Origin: Burkholderiales bacterium
Lineage (GTDB): Bacteria; Pseudomonadota; Gammaproteobacteria; Burkholderiales; JAHFRG01
Reading direction: 5' to 3'
Assembly: GCA_035624535.1 (NCBI GenBank)
Contig: DASPRI010000210.1
Span: forward strand, 354-64,353
Length of the DNA: 64,000 nucleotides
Numbering within the stretch: position 1 is the stretch's first letter; each line of letters begins with the position of its first letter. Position numbers and translations under genes: made by a program. Shown here piece after piece: positions 19,572 to 29,716 of this stretch. The notes beneath the pieces were generated by a model, which saw only the letters and a list, made by a program, of their open reading frames with translations, was not told the DNA's origin and made no database searches.

Positions 19572-20315
19572 ATGAAAACTATGCCGATCAAACCGCCACG
19601 CTCCTTGTTAAGTCTGGCCGGCCAGGCAATTGCCGACTACACGATGATTCGGGCCGGCGATCGTATATTGCTTGGCCTTTCCGGCGGCAAGGACAGCTTG
19701 TCGCTGCTGCATGTGTTGCTGTACCTCAAGAACAAATCCCCTGTGAAATTTGAACTCGCAGCAGCAACCGTGGATCCGCAGTCGCCCGAATATCATCCAG
19801 AGCCGCTCAAAGTGCTAATGCGCGAGCTGGGAGTTCCCTATTTCTATGAAAGTTTTCCTATGCTGGAGCTGGCTAAACAAAAGATGGGCAACGATTCCTT
19901 CTGCGCATTTTGCTCGCGCATGCGGCGCGGCATGCTGTACGGCGCGGCACGGCGGGAAGGCTATAATGTGCTCGCGCTGGCACAGCATCTGGATGATCTC
20001 GCCGAGACTTTCATGATGAGCGCAATGTTCGCCGGAAAACTGCGCACCATGCGTGCCCACTATGTCAACGACGCTGGCGATCTCCGGGTGATACGGCCTT
20101 TTGTCTATGTGCGCGAACGCCAGACGGCAGCCTTTGCCAAAAGTGGCGGCCTACCGGTAATTGCCGAGAACTGCCCCGCGTGTTTTGCCATGCCTATGCA
20201 GCGTTGGCAAATGAAGCAGAAGCTTGCGCAGTTTGAGGCCGCCAATAGCAAAATATTTGCCAATTTGCTTACCGCGATGCGTCCGCTGCTCACAGAATAC
20301 CAAGGTGATGATTAG
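19572..20315 (+). CDS. ttcA: tRNA 2-thiocytidine(32) synthetase
   Basis: PP-loop SGGKDS plus Cys clusters CAFCSRMRRG and CPACF. Confidence 0.9.
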   Translation: MKTMPIKPPRSLLSLAGQAIADYTMIRAGDRILLGLSGGKDSLSLLHVLLYLKNKSPVKFELAAATVDPQSPEYHPEPLKVLMRELGVPYFYESFPMLELAKQKMGNDSFCAFCSRMRRGMLYGAARREGYNVLALAQHLDDLAETFMMSAMFAGKLRTMRAHYVNDAGDLRVIRPFVYVRERQTAAFAKSGGLPVIAENCPACFAMPMQRWQMKQKLAQFEAANSKIFANLLTAMRPLLTEYQGDD

Positions 20316-20347
20316 CACCCATTTTTAAACTATCTGGCTGTACATTC

Positions 20348-20376
20348 TTGACTCTGCGTTCGCTAAAGTTTATATA
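20348..20376 (+). promoter_or_regulatory. sigma70-type promoter for the DUF4440 gene
   Basis: TTGACT (20348-20353), a 17-nt spacer, then TATATA (20371-20376), about 65 nt upstream of ATG 20441. Confidence 0.5.
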
Positions 20377-20440
20377 CCCAAAAAATTGCACTAGCCGGAA
20401 TTCGGCTGGAGCGTGGCCGTCAACCCTAAGGAGATTAATC

Positions 20441-20896
20441 ATGAAACGTCGTCTCTATTCCATGTTGTTGCTTTTTCTGTTTGTAGCTGCACCCGCCGCC
20501 TGGGCTGGGCCCAAGGACGAGGTTGCAGCCGCCACCGCAAGATGGGCGGTTGCCTTCACGGATGATAACCCCGACAAGATTCTTGCTCTCTACGACAAGA
20601 ATGCCGTGCTGTGGGGAACGCTGTCGCCCAAACGGCGGGACGATCCGGAAGCGATTCGGGATTATTTTGTGAAAGCCTTCGCGGCGCTCCCGGAGCACAA
20701 GGTCAGTTTTGGAGACCAGTTAATTCGGGTGTACGGCAACACCGCCATCAACACCGGCTACTACACGTTTTCTTATGTAAAAGACGGCGAAGCCAAGTCT
20801 CTACCCGCACGCTACAGTTTTACCTATGTGAAGAAAGGGAAAAAATGGCTGATCGTGGATCATCATTCGTCTGCCATGCCTGCGCCTCTCAAATAG
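20441..20896 (+). CDS. secreted SnoaL-like / DUF4440 (NTF2-fold) protein
   Basis: Signal peptide MKRRLYSMLLLFLFVAAPAAWA and an NTF2-like pattern (AFTDDNPDKILALYDKNAVLWGT...YSFTYVKKGKKWLIVDHHSS). An AAGGAG SD is present. Confidence 0.7.
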   Translation: MKRRLYSMLLLFLFVAAPAAWAGPKDEVAAATARWAVAFTDDNPDKILALYDKNAVLWGTLSPKRRDDPEAIRDYFVKAFAALPEHKVSFGDQLIRVYGNTAINTGYYTFSYVKDGEAKSLPARYSFTYVKKGKKWLIVDHHSSAMPAPLK

Positions 20897-20928
20897 AGAG
20901 GATCAATTTTGCTTCGTTGTGTTAGGAG

Positions 20929-21570
20929 CTACTTGCGCCGCGGCGCTGGATACTCCAGCAGGTTTCCGGCCTTGCGCTCCATCGCATCGCGCCGGTACAG
21001 TAAACGCACTTGCTTTCTTGTCACCAGCGGGTAATGGCGGATTTCGTCCAGCATACCCGGAATATCCCAGCAATTACTGCCATTGGTTACCCAAATTTTT
21101 GGGTCCACCTTGCGCAGATCAAAGGCGCGGGAATAGCTGCGCAGTGTCAACTGGCCTTTCTTGTTCGCGTACTCATGAAAGTAGGACATGGAAAGCTCGC
21201 GCAGCGTCTTATAGACGGGATTACGGTAGCGCAGTTGGACATGATTTGACTTTGAAATCGCACCCCAGCAACCGCCGCGGCGAAACAGGGCGACAACGTG
21301 GTCGAAATCACGTGTGGCCTTTAGGTCCAGCAAGATTGGCGATTCGCCGTGAATCCACAGGGCGCACGCCGCAACCATCGCTCCCTCGATGCAGTGGGCG
21401 TGCCGTTGCCGTAGCACTTGCCGTACTGAAAGACAGGTCTCCCCGTTGCGCTCAAAATTTGCCCGAAGCGCACTGACAAAATTCTGAATTCTGTGCGGTG
21501 TCGAAAGCCGCTTGAGAATGGCGTACTCGGTTTTTGTCAGACCAAGGTCTTGGGGGCGCGCAGCGCGCAT
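20929..21570 (-). CDS. hypothetical protein, possible transglutaminase-like/papain-like Cys-His fold
   Basis: 213-aa ORF with good coding appearance. The motif order AHC(60)IEGAMVAACAL...DFDH(91)VVALF..GGCWGAISKS resembles the Cys...His core of transglutaminase-like proteins. No family is confidently recognised. Confidence 0.45.
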   Translation of the reverse strand: MRAARPQDLGLTKTEYAILKRLSTPHRIQNFVSALRANFERNGETCLSVRQVLRQRHAHCIEGAMVAACALWIHGESPILLDLKATRDFDHVVALFRRGGCWGAISKSNHVQLRYRNPVYKTLRELSMSYFHEYANKKGQLTLRSYSRAFDLRKVDPKIWVTNGSNCWDIPGMLDEIRHYPLVTRKQVRLLYRRDAMERKAGNLLEYPAPRRK

Positions 21571-21605
21571 CTTCGTTATAGTGATTCACACGGGTTGACG
21601 AGAGT

Positions 21606-22445
21606 TCACTTCTTAATTTCCTGCTTGGAGTCGAGGGTTTTCACAAAGCGGGTTGCTAACTCCGGCTGCGCGGCATACCTGTCCAGAACCGTCATCTCCT
21701 TGCCCAGTGCTTCGAGGCGCGCCGTGGGCGCAGGATGAGTCTTGAACATGAGTGCCAGCGAGCTGTCCTGCGGATTCAGATTTGCCAGAGTCTGTAATAC
21801 CAGCGGCAGCCCGTAGGGATCGTAACCCGCGCGCGCGGCGAGCACCACGCCGATACGGTCCGCTTCAAATTCATCTTCCTTGTCAAGTCCGCGCGCGTAC
21901 AGCTCGGTGCCTATGCCCACGACTTTAGTAAACGCCGCGGTGTTCTTGCCACTTTGGGCGGCTATTGAAAGCGCGTCGGCAAACAAGCCCACTTGCGCAT
22001 TTTTCTCGATGGCCTTGAGATGGTGTTTTTTCAGCACGTGTCCAATCTCGTGTCCCAAAACGCCAGCGAGTTCTGCCTCGGTTTGCATTTTCAAAAGCAG
22101 ACCCTTGGTGATGAACACGTAACCGCCGGGCGTGGCGAATGCGTTCACATCATTGGTATCAAGCACGCCGAAATGCCATTCCAGATTCGAGCGCTCGCTC
22201 TGCTGCGCGACCCAGCTACCGATCAGGTTCACGTATTTCTGCACATTTGCGTCCGGCACAAGCGGCGCCGCGCCCAGCAGGTTCGATGAAATGCCTGAGC
22301 CGATCTCCACTTCTTCTTTTTCACTGACGTCGCGAAGCTGGCCGGCATGGGTTACCAAATCCTTGACTTTTCCTATATCCAACTGAAATGCCTGTGCCTG
22401 AATTGGCACACCGAGAGGCAGCAGCACGATGATGACTCTTCTCAT
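21606..22445 (-). CDS. periplasmic M48-family zinc metalloprotease
   Basis: Signal peptide, HEIGHVLKKHH (HExxH), a downstream EFEADRIG third-ligand motif, and NAFATPGGYVFITKGLL. Confidence 0.88.
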   Translation of the reverse strand: MRRVIIVLLPLGVPIQAQAFQLDIGKVKDLVTHAGQLRDVSEKEEVEIGSGISSNLLGAAPLVPDANVQKYVNLIGSWVAQQSERSNLEWHFGVLDTNDVNAFATPGGYVFITKGLLLKMQTEAELAGVLGHEIGHVLKKHHLKAIEKNAQVGLFADALSIAAQSGKNTAAFTKVVGIGTELYARGLDKEDEFEADRIGVVLAARAGYDPYGLPLVLQTLANLNPQDSSLALMFKTHPAPTARLEALGKEMTVLDRYAAQPELATRFVKTLDSKQEIKK

Positions 22446-22984
22446 CGACCGCCCCCAAACATCGCCGGATTGCCCGATCCCGCTGCCGGTGTTGCCGCTG
22501 GTTCGGGCAGGTAATTGATTTGCTGCGCGTTGAGCTTCGCGTTGGAGGCGAATTTCTGCGCCTCCGCGGGTGGGACAGCCATATTGCGAAGTTTTTGTAG
22601 TTCCCGCGGATTGGGATGTGCATTTTTCAAGTCAGCATCGGAAAGTCCTCTAACCCCGGTCGCTATCGTGAGCCCGGTATCGGCACCGCGCCCAAGACCG
22701 ACGTTCACGAGCGACTTGAGGCCACTGTCTCCGACTGCAGCCTTTCCTTCACCAACGCGCAGGCTGAGCAGGCGCACCCAGCCTGTTTGCTCCTTTTTTA
22801 CTTGCCACCACGCGCCTTGACGCAAAATAATTTCCACTTTGGTTTGTTCGGGCAGAGTGGCGAGCGTCTTGGCATCGGTGAAAGGCGCGTCCTTAAGTTC
22901 GGTGCTCGTCAACGTGTAGCCGTAATCTGCGGCACAAGCCATCCCAACCTGCAGAAATATAAAGATTACCAGCGCAGCCCGCAC
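22442..22984 (-). CDS. secreted bacterial SH3-domain protein
   Basis: SH3b-like block (LKDAPFTDAKTLATLPEQTKVEIILRQGAWWQVKKEQTGWVRLLSL). A GTG at 22984 gives a clean signal peptide (VRAALVIFIFLQVGMACA); the ATG at 23080 would overlap the cyclase gene by 86 nt. ATGA overlap with the M48 gene. Confidence 0.7.
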   Translation of the reverse strand: MRAALVIFIFLQVGMACAADYGYTLTSTELKDAPFTDAKTLATLPEQTKVEIILRQGAWWQVKKEQTGWVRLLSLRVGEGKAAVGDSGLKSLVNVGLGRGADTGLTIATGVRGLSDADLKNAHPNPRELQKLRNMAVPPAEAQKFASNAKLNAQQINYLPEPAATPAAGSGNPAMFGGGR

Positions 22985-22994
22985 GGCGTACCCA

Positions 22995-24845
22995 TCAATG
23001 CATTTTTTTCCTGGGCTCGAACAGATTGACTTCCTGTAGCCGACCCTTGACTTTATAAATTCCGTGGTCGATAAAGTCAAACGCGTGTTTCGCGCGCCTC
23101 GCGGTGTCGCCCGAAATCAGAATCCGGCTCAAGCCCTTGGTGAGCCCTTCGATGCGGCTCGCCAGATTAACGGTATCGCCGATGACGGTGAATTCCAGCT
23201 TTTGCTCGGAGCCGATGAAACCCACGACCGCGGGCCCGCTGTGGATACCGATGCCGATGTCGAAGCCTGCGCCCAACTGGAGCTCGACCTTAAGCTGTTC
23301 CAGCACCTCGCTCATCTCCAGTGCTGCTTCAATCGCGTGCTTGGCGTGTTCAGGGTCATCGAGAGGCGCGCCCCAAAATGCCATAATGGCATCCCCGATG
23401 AACTTGTCCAGAGTACCGCCGTGGCGGAATATGACCCCCACTTGCCGGCTGAAATAACTGTTCAGAAGCGCCACGATTTCCTGGGGAGGGTGAGTTTCGC
23501 AAAAGGCGGTAAAATCGCGAATGTCGGAAAAAAGCACGCTGACGTCGCGCATTTGGCCGCTCAGTGATTCCACGGTTTGACCCCGGTCTACCAGTTGTTT
23601 CACGACATGCGGATCCAGAAAGCGACTGAACAAGTGCACTGCCTGCTCGCGCGCCTTGCGCTCCTTGAGATACGAATAAAGGGCGGCGGCGAAATAAAAA
23701 ATCCATGCAAACGCGAGGGGAGAAAAAACAGGAAGCAGGTACTGGTTACCGACCGCGAAGTAAGCGGCACCGAGGATGATTACCGACACGATGGCGAGCA
23801 GGGCACCGGTTCGAAGCAGGCTCGGCTGCACCCGAAACCCGGCAAACAGGGCGAGCACCAGCAGCGCGGCGATCAATGCCGGTATCGCGTTCGGCGCGCG
23901 CTTCATGTAGCTGCGGTTCTTCAGGTTATCGATCGCGGTGGCGACGATGTCCACTCCCGGGTAAAGACTGGATACCGGCGTAGCCCGCAGGTCGTGCATG
24001 CCACTCGCAGTAGCGCCAATGATCACGATTTTGTTCTTGAATTCATGTGGATCGCGCTGCGGGGTTTGCCTGCCGGCATCGTCCCATACATCCTTGTAAG
24101 AAATGTGACGGTAGGGGAAATGATTGGCCGGGGTATCGCCGAACCGCCAGCCAAGAATAATGCTCTGTGAATCTGGCACGGAGTAACCCAAATCAGCTGC
24201 CACGCGGGCAGGCAGCGACGGGATGCGCCAGCCATGCGCCGGTATGTAAAGATCATAGTCGCGACCAATGCCGTCCCTATCCTCGCGGAAATTGATGGTT
24301 CCGACACGCCAATTGGTTTTTTCTACGGCCTGTGGGAGGAGCAGGACCGCACGCGCATCCAGGTCGGCCTCGGAGGTCTGTTTCAAACCCAGCATTTTTG
24401 CAATTGATTTCAAATCTACTCCCTGGCTCTCGTCTTTCTGTTCGAGGTGCAGAATAGGAAAATATACGTTTTGGGTCGCACGCAATTTCTCATTGAAAAG
24501 CTCGTCAAGTTGACGATGCTCTTTGTCGGGTTCGGAGAACAGAATGTCAAAAACGATAGCTTTGGGCTGTTTGTTTTCTATATACGCAACCAGTTCGCCG
24601 TGTACCGACCTTGGCCATGGCCACCTGCCGACCTCAGAAACCATTCCCGCCACGCTGTAATTATCGATGTCCACGATCACGATATCGGGATCGGGGTTGA
24701 GAGAGTGGGCTTTCTTTCTTACCAAAAAATCGGAAACGCGATTGTCTAGGGAAAGAAAAGCGTGCATTCCGAAAAACTCGATTGCAATGGCCAACAGCAT
24801 AGCCAGCGCAATGATGTTGAGGGAATCTTTAAAGAAATGCCGCAT
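22995..24845 (-). CDS. CHASE2-sensor class III adenylate/guanylate cyclase
   Basis: An N-terminal TM segment, a large extracytoplasmic CHASE2-like region, three TM helices, then a cyclase domain ([12 protein letters not shown]...[19 protein letters not shown]...[12 protein letters not shown]). The Lys in LDKFIGD suggests ATP specificity. Confidence 0.88.
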   Translation of the reverse strand: MRHFFKDSLNIIALAMLLAIAIEFFGMHAFLSLDNRVSDFLVRKKAHSLNPDPDIVIVDIDNYSVAGMVSEVGRWPWPRSVHGELVAYIENKQPKAIVFDILFSEPDKEHRQLDELFNEKLRATQNVYFPILHLEQKDESQGVDLKSIAKMLGLKQTSEADLDARAVLLLPQAVEKTNWRVGTINFREDRDGIGRDYDLYIPAHGWRIPSLPARVAADLGYSVPDSQSIILGWRFGDTPANHFPYRHISYKDVWDDAGRQTPQRDPHEFKNKIVIIGATASGMHDLRATPVSSLYPGVDIVATAIDNLKNRSYMKRAPNAIPALIAALLVLALFAGFRVQPSLLRTGALLAIVSVIILGAAYFAVGNQYLLPVFSPLAFAWIFYFAAALYSYLKERKAREQAVHLFSRFLDPHVVKQLVDRGQTVESLSGQMRDVSVLFSDIRDFTAFCETHPPQEIVALLNSYFSRQVGVIFRHGGTLDKFIGDAIMAFWGAPLDDPEHAKHAIEAALEMSEVLEQLKVELQLGAGFDIGIGIHSGPAVVGFIGSEQKLEFTVIGDTVNLASRIEGLTKGLSRILISGDTARRAKHAFDFIDHGIYKVKGRLQEVNLFEPRKKMH

Positions 24846-24855
24846 GCGGCAGGTG

Positions 24856-25701
24856 TTACAAACCCAAGCGTTGCCAGATCGTGGTGCTGAGGCCGGCTTG
24901 GTTCAAGGTGTAGAAATGAAGGCCGGGTGCACCGCTCGATAGAAGTTCGTCGCAAAGATGGGTGACAATATCCAGACCGAAAGCTCGTATGGAAGCAGAA
25001 TCGTCACCAAATCCCTCAAGTTTCTTGCGGATCCAGCGCGGGATTTCTGCGCCGCAATTGTCCGAAAAGCGCGCAAGCTGCGCGAATTTGTTAATCGGCA
25101 TGACCCCGGGAACGATCGGAACATTGAGGCCCAAGCCTTCACATGCGTCAACAAAGCCGAAATAACTGTCCGCATTATAAAAATACTGCGTAATTGCGGA
25201 ATTGGCGCCGGCATCCATCTTGCGCTTGAAATTGCGGATATCTTCTTGGGCGGAGCGCGCCTGGGGATGAAATTCGGGATAGCAAGCCACTTCGATGTGA
25301 AACGCATCGCCGTATTCTTTGCGGATAAATTCCACCAACTCGTTTGCATAACGGAATTCCCCAGTGGAAGCCATGCCCGAAGGCAGATCGCCTCGCAAGG
25401 CAACGATGCGCTTGATGCCAACGGCGCGATACTGGTCAAGTACCGAACGGATGGTTTGTCGCGTGGAACTGATGCACGAGATATGCGGCGCCGCATTTAG
25501 ACCCTCGTGCTGAATTTCCATCACCGTCTCCAGCGTACGGTCGCGGGTTGAGCCGCCGGCACCGAAGGTCACGGAAAAGAATTCCGGCTTTAGTTGCGCC
25601 AACTGCTTGCGGGTGGCGCGCAATTTCTCCATCCCTTGCGGCGTCTGCGGTGGGAAAAACTCAAAACTAAATACGCGCGGATACTGTTTTTGTGATTGCA
25701 T
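24856..25701 (-). CDS. metF: methylenetetrahydrofolate reductase
   Basis: FSFEFFPP...[11 protein letters not shown]...ALRGD motifs. 281 aa. Confidence 0.95.
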   Translation of the reverse strand: MQSQKQYPRVFSFEFFPPQTPQGMEKLRATRKQLAQLKPEFFSVTFGAGGSTRDRTLETVMEIQHEGLNAAPHISCISSTRQTIRSVLDQYRAVGIKRIVALRGDLPSGMASTGEFRYANELVEFIRKEYGDAFHIEVACYPEFHPQARSAQEDIRNFKRKMDAGANSAITQYFYNADSYFGFVDACEGLGLNVPIVPGVMPINKFAQLARFSDNCGAEIPRWIRKKLEGFGDDSASIRAFGLDIVTHLCDELLSSGAPGLHFYTLNQAGLSTTIWQRLGL

Positions 25702-25791
25702 TTTTCACCGCAGAAACGTCAAGACCCAGAAAAAGGCGTTTTCTAGCCGGCTATGAACTTCACTGTGGTTATGCGTCCCGGCTGCTCTGGA

Positions 25792-27207
25792 TCAATAACG
25801 GTAATGCTCAGGCTTGAATGGACCCGTCCGATTGACGCCGATGTACTTTGCCTGCTGTTCTGTGAGTTCAGTAAGCTTGGCGCCAACTTTCTTCAAGTGC
25901 AGCCGCGCCACATTTTCGTCCAGGTGTTTGGGGAGCACGTAGACTTTTTTCTCGTACTTTGCGCCGTGCTGCCACAGCTCAATTTGCGCGATCACTTGGT
26001 TGGTGAAGGAATTGGACATGACAAAACTGGGATGGCCGGTAGCGCATCCCAAGTTCACGAGCCTTCCCTCGGCAAGCACGATTAAACGTTTGCCATCGGG
26101 AAAAATCACATGATCGACTTGCGGCTTGATGTTTTCCCACTTGTACTGACGGAGAGACGTAATGTCTATTTCCGAATCAAAGTGGCCGATGTTGCAAACA
26201 ATTGCGTTGTGCTTCATTTTTTTCATATGCTCGTGAGTAATGACATGGAAATTGCCGGTCGCCGTGACAAATATGTCTGCTTTGTCCGCCGCGTCCTCCA
26301 TAGTCACCACACTGTAGCCCGCCATCACCGCCTGTAACGCGCAAATGGGGTCGATTTCAGTAATCCATACTCGCGCCCCTAGGCCGCTTAAGGACTGTGC
26401 GCAACCCTTGCCGACATCTCCGTAGCCGCAAACTACTGCGATCTTGCCGGCGATCATCACGTCGGTGGCGCGTTTGATGCCATCCACCAGCGATTCGCGG
26501 CAGCCATACAAGTTATCAAATTTCGATTTGGTTACCGAGTCGTTGACGTTGATCGCAGAGAATGGCAGACGCCCCTCTTTCTGCATTTGATAGAGGCGCT
26601 TGACACCAGTGGTGGTTTCTTCGGTCACTCCCTTGATGTTTGCCAGAGCTCTAGCATACCAACCCGGTTTGGCTTCCAGGCGTTTTTTTATCGCGCCAAA
26701 CAGCGCACGTTCCTCCTCGCTGTTCGGCTTGGCGATAAGCGATGGGTTTTTCTCCGTCTGGGCGCCCAGCACGACCAGCAGCGTTGCATCGCCGCCGTCA
26801 TCCAGGATCATGTTGGGAAAGCCTCCATCACCCCATTCGAAAATGCGATGGGTGAACTCCCAGTACTCATCCAACGTCTCGCCTTTGTACGCGAATACTG
26901 GAGTGCCCGCGGATGCGATCGCCGCCGCAGCGTGATCTTGCGTGGAAAAAATGTTGCAAGAGGCCCAGCGTACTTGTGCGCCCAAAGTTTTCAGGGTCTC
27001 GATCAGCACCGCGGTTTGTATAGTCATGTGCAGGGACCCCGCGATGCGCGCGTTTTTGAGTGGCTGCTGAGCGCGAAATTCTTCTCGCACCGCCATTAGG
27101 CCGGGCATCTCGGTTTCAGCAATCGCAATTTCCTTGCGTCCCCATGAGGCTAGGGATATATCGGCAACCCGGTAATCGGTGAATCCGGAATTAAGCACCG
27201 CGCTCAT
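25792..27207 (-). CDS. ahcY: adenosylhomocysteinase
   Basis: [24 protein letters not shown], the NAD domain GYGDVGKG and a C-terminal ...KPEHYRY. Confidence 0.97.
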   Translation of the reverse strand: MSAVLNSGFTDYRVADISLASWGRKEIAIAETEMPGLMAVREEFRAQQPLKNARIAGSLHMTIQTAVLIETLKTLGAQVRWASCNIFSTQDHAAAAIASAGTPVFAYKGETLDEYWEFTHRIFEWGDGGFPNMILDDGGDATLLVVLGAQTEKNPSLIAKPNSEEERALFGAIKKRLEAKPGWYARALANIKGVTEETTTGVKRLYQMQKEGRLPFSAINVNDSVTKSKFDNLYGCRESLVDGIKRATDVMIAGKIAVVCGYGDVGKGCAQSLSGLGARVWITEIDPICALQAVMAGYSVVTMEDAADKADIFVTATGNFHVITHEHMKKMKHNAIVCNIGHFDSEIDITSLRQYKWENIKPQVDHVIFPDGKRLIVLAEGRLVNLGCATGHPSFVMSNSFTNQVIAQIELWQHGAKYEKKVYVLPKHLDENVARLHLKKVGAKLTELTEQQAKYIGVNRTGPFKPEHYRY

Positions 27208-27242
27208 TTGTTCTGCTCCTGACTATCGGCGCGTTCCCGATA

Positions 27243-28418
27243 CTAAGCCACTCGGGTCTCGAGGGTGCGGCTGGCATCCATCCGCAGATTCTCGACTTTA
27301 TCGGTATGCTCCCAGGTAAATTCCGGTTCGTCACGGCCGAAATGTCCGTAAGCAGCGGTCTTATGATAGATGGGGCGCAACAGATCGAGCGCATGAATGA
27401 TGGCTTTCGGGCGCAGGTCAAAATGTGTCTCGATAAGCATGATGATTTTGTCGTCGTTGATCGCGCCGGTGCCAAAGGTATTTACGGCTAGCGAGACCGG
27501 ACGCGCCATGCCAATCGCATAAGCAACTTGCACCAAGCATTTGCTGGCGAGCTTCGCTGCCACGATATTCTTCGCTACGTGGCGCGCGGCGTACGCAGCG
27601 GAACGGTCCACTTTGGACGGGTCTTTCCCGGAAAATGCGCCGCCACCGTGAGGCGCCGCACCGCCGTAGGTGTCGACGATAATCTTGCGACCGGTAAGCC
27701 CCGAGTCACCCATCGGCCCGCCGATAACAAAACGCCCGGTCGGGTTGACCAGGAAACGCGTATCCTTGAGCATGGCTTTCGGCAGTACCGGCTTGATAAT
27801 TTCCTCGATTACAGCTTCAGAGAGCTGCTGGTGCTGGATATCTGGCGCGTGCTGAGTGGAGAGCACCACCGTGTCAATTTGTTTGGGTTTGCCATCGACG
27901 TAGCGAATAGTGATCTGCGATTTGGCGTCGGGTCTTAGCCACGGGAGCCGCCCGTCACGACGGACTTCTGCCTGGCGCTCCACCAGACGGTGTGCCAGAT
28001 AAATCGGCATTGGCATTAACGCCGGTGTCTCGTCGCAGGCGTAACCGAACATTAATCCTTGATCGCCTGCACCCTGGTCCAGCCCATGGCTTTCGTTCAC
28101 ACCCTGCGCAATATCGCTGGATTGTTTGCCGAACGATGCGAGCACCGCGCAACTGCGGTAGTCGAAGCCAATTTCCGAGCTGTCGTAGCCAATGCGTTTC
28201 ACGGTCTCGCGCGCTACGGCATTGTAATCGACAGTTGCGTGGGTTGTGATTTCTCCTGCCATCATGACCAGGCCCGTGGTGACCAGCGTCTCGCAGGCTA
28301 CCCGTGCCAGCGGGTCCTGCGTTATGATAGCGTCCAAAATGGCATCGGATACTTGATCCGCAATCTTGTCCGGATGTCCTTCTGAAACTGATTCGGAAGT
28401 AAACAGGTATTCGTTCAT
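27243..28418 (-). CDS. metK: S-adenosylmethionine synthase
   Basis: [33 protein letters not shown]. The start is taken at the Met preceding the conserved N-terminus. Confidence 0.97.
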   Translation of the reverse strand: MNEYLFTSESVSEGHPDKIADQVSDAILDAIITQDPLARVACETLVTTGLVMMAGEITTHATVDYNAVARETVKRIGYDSSEIGFDYRSCAVLASFGKQSSDIAQGVNESHGLDQGAGDQGLMFGYACDETPALMPMPIYLAHRLVERQAEVRRDGRLPWLRPDAKSQITIRYVDGKPKQIDTVVLSTQHAPDIQHQQLSEAVIEEIIKPVLPKAMLKDTRFLVNPTGRFVIGGPMGDSGLTGRKIIVDTYGGAAPHGGGAFSGKDPSKVDRSAAYAARHVAKNIVAAKLASKCLVQVAYAIGMARPVSLAVNTFGTGAINDDKIIMLIETHFDLRPKAIIHALDLLRPIYHKTAAYGHFGRDEPEFTWEHTDKVENLRMDASRTLETRVA

Positions 28419-28549
28419 GATAATCTCGTGGTCCGCTCCGCTCGACAAAAGAATTTCTAGGATACCAAATAAGCCTCAATAACGAAAGACGATCCTCCAT
28501 ATATATCCATGTCGCAAGGGGTGATATTTAAATTGCCTGCAAACCTTGA

Positions 28550-29431
28550 ATGGCGGCGTGCATGATGGTGCGCGTCGGCGTCGCTTTGGTGTGGCTTTTG
28601 CACTTTCTGCCTCTTGGCGTCTTAGCCAAGCTTGGCGAGTATTCCGGCATGCTGCTTTTTATGCTGGGGCATGAGCGGCGCAATGTCGCGCGCACCAACT
28701 TGCGACTGTGTTTCCCGCAGTGGAGCCACGAAAAACGCGAAAAAATATTGCGGAGGCATTTTCGCGCATTTGGGCGCAACCTTTTGGAACATGGCATTTT
28801 GTGGTGGTCATCACGCGAGCGCATTAAAAAATTAGTGCGCGTCGAAGGCCAGGAAAATTGGGAGGAAGTTAAGGATAAGCCGGTTATCTTTCTTGCGCCA
28901 CATTTCGTCGGGCTCGATATGGGTGGCACGCGCCTGCACGCAGAAATTTTTGGAGCTTCTATGTACAGCATGCAAAAAAATTCACTGGTGAACGCGTTGC
29001 TTTTGCGCGGGCGCACGCGTTTCGGCGACTATATATTAGTTTCGCGCCATCAAGGGATTCGCCCCGTGATCAAAGCGCTACGCGCCGGCGTGCCGTTTTA
29101 CTATCTTCCCGACATGGATTACGGGCCGCGTGAATCGATGTTTGTCCCATTTTTTGACGTGCCTGCCGCGACGATTCCGACATTATCGCGGCTGGTGCGT
29201 ATCACTGGCGCCAAAGTCGTTCCCTGCGTCACGCGCCAGCTTCCTGGCGGTCAGGGCTATGTGGTCAAGTTTTATCCGGCGTGGGAAGATTTCCCTGGCA
29301 ACAGCATCGAAGACGATACGCGGCGCATGAACGCATTTATCGAAGACCGTGTGCTGGAAATGCCCGAGCAATATTTTTGGCTGCACAAGCGTTTCAAAAC
29401 GCGCCCGCCGGGAGAAGCAAAGCCGTATTAA
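28550..29431 (+). CDS. lpxL: lipid A biosynthesis lauroyl/myristoyl acyltransferase
   Basis: RRNVARTNLRLCFP...HF.GLD (HX4D-like) and overall LpxL/HtrB pattern. The start may be 28562 or 28565. Confidence 0.85.
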   Translation: MAACMMVRVGVALVWLLHFLPLGVLAKLGEYSGMLLFMLGHERRNVARTNLRLCFPQWSHEKREKILRRHFRAFGRNLLEHGILWWSSRERIKKLVRVEGQENWEEVKDKPVIFLAPHFVGLDMGGTRLHAEIFGASMYSMQKNSLVNALLLRGRTRFGDYILVSRHQGIRPVIKALRAGVPFYYLPDMDYGPRESMFVPFFDVPAATIPTLSRLVRITGAKVVPCVTRQLPGGQGYVVKFYPAWEDFPGNSIEDDTRRMNAFIEDRVLEMPEQYFWLHKRFKTRPPGEAKPY

Positions 29432-29716
29432 CTTGGGAACAAGTCGCGCGAATGGACAAAGCACAGATTTCAAGGTCGCTCAGTATGTCCGACATTGGAT
29501 CCAGATTATTCTGAAGTCATATTGTTAATGCGGGATAATTTGTCTTTTTCGGTTTTCGGGGGGCTGCGGCCAATAATGGCTATGACGCTGGTGATCGGGG
29601 GCGATCTTGCTGCGCTCAATTCCGCGCCATGGCGCCCCGGCCACTGGTTGCCCCCGTAATCAACATCCTCGAAAAACCAGCTCAATTTCAGTCAAGTTCG
29701 CTAAATATGCGCCTAA

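Noticed and set aside
22985-23080. A longer version of the SH3b gene starting at ATG 23080
   Set aside because: It would overlap the cyclase 3' end by 86 nt and add a non-hydrophobic 32-aa extension ahead of the signal peptide. The GTG at 22984 is more plausible, but this is unproven.
27208-27242. SAH riboswitch upstream of ahcY
   Set aside because: The metK-ahcY spacer is only 35 nt. The conserved SAH blocks as I remember them (GAGGAGCGCUGC...CAGGCUC...AACGGCGCUCA) are absent here. They are also absent from the metK leader (28419-28549) and the metH leader (63494-63714).
29432-29716. A small lipoprotein gene (LptM/YifL-like), expected by analogy with the E. coli yifL-dapF-yigA-xerC order, or an sRNA, in the 285-bp lpxL-dapF spacer; also the 12-nt palindrome GCGCCATGGCGC (29625-29636)
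   Set aside because: The only small ORFs lack a lipobox Cys: ATG at 29529 (44 codons) and ATG at 29577 (MAMTLVIGGDLAALNSAPWRPGHWLPP). The frame containing GGCGQ has no start. No promoter and terminator pair is evident. I left it unannotated.
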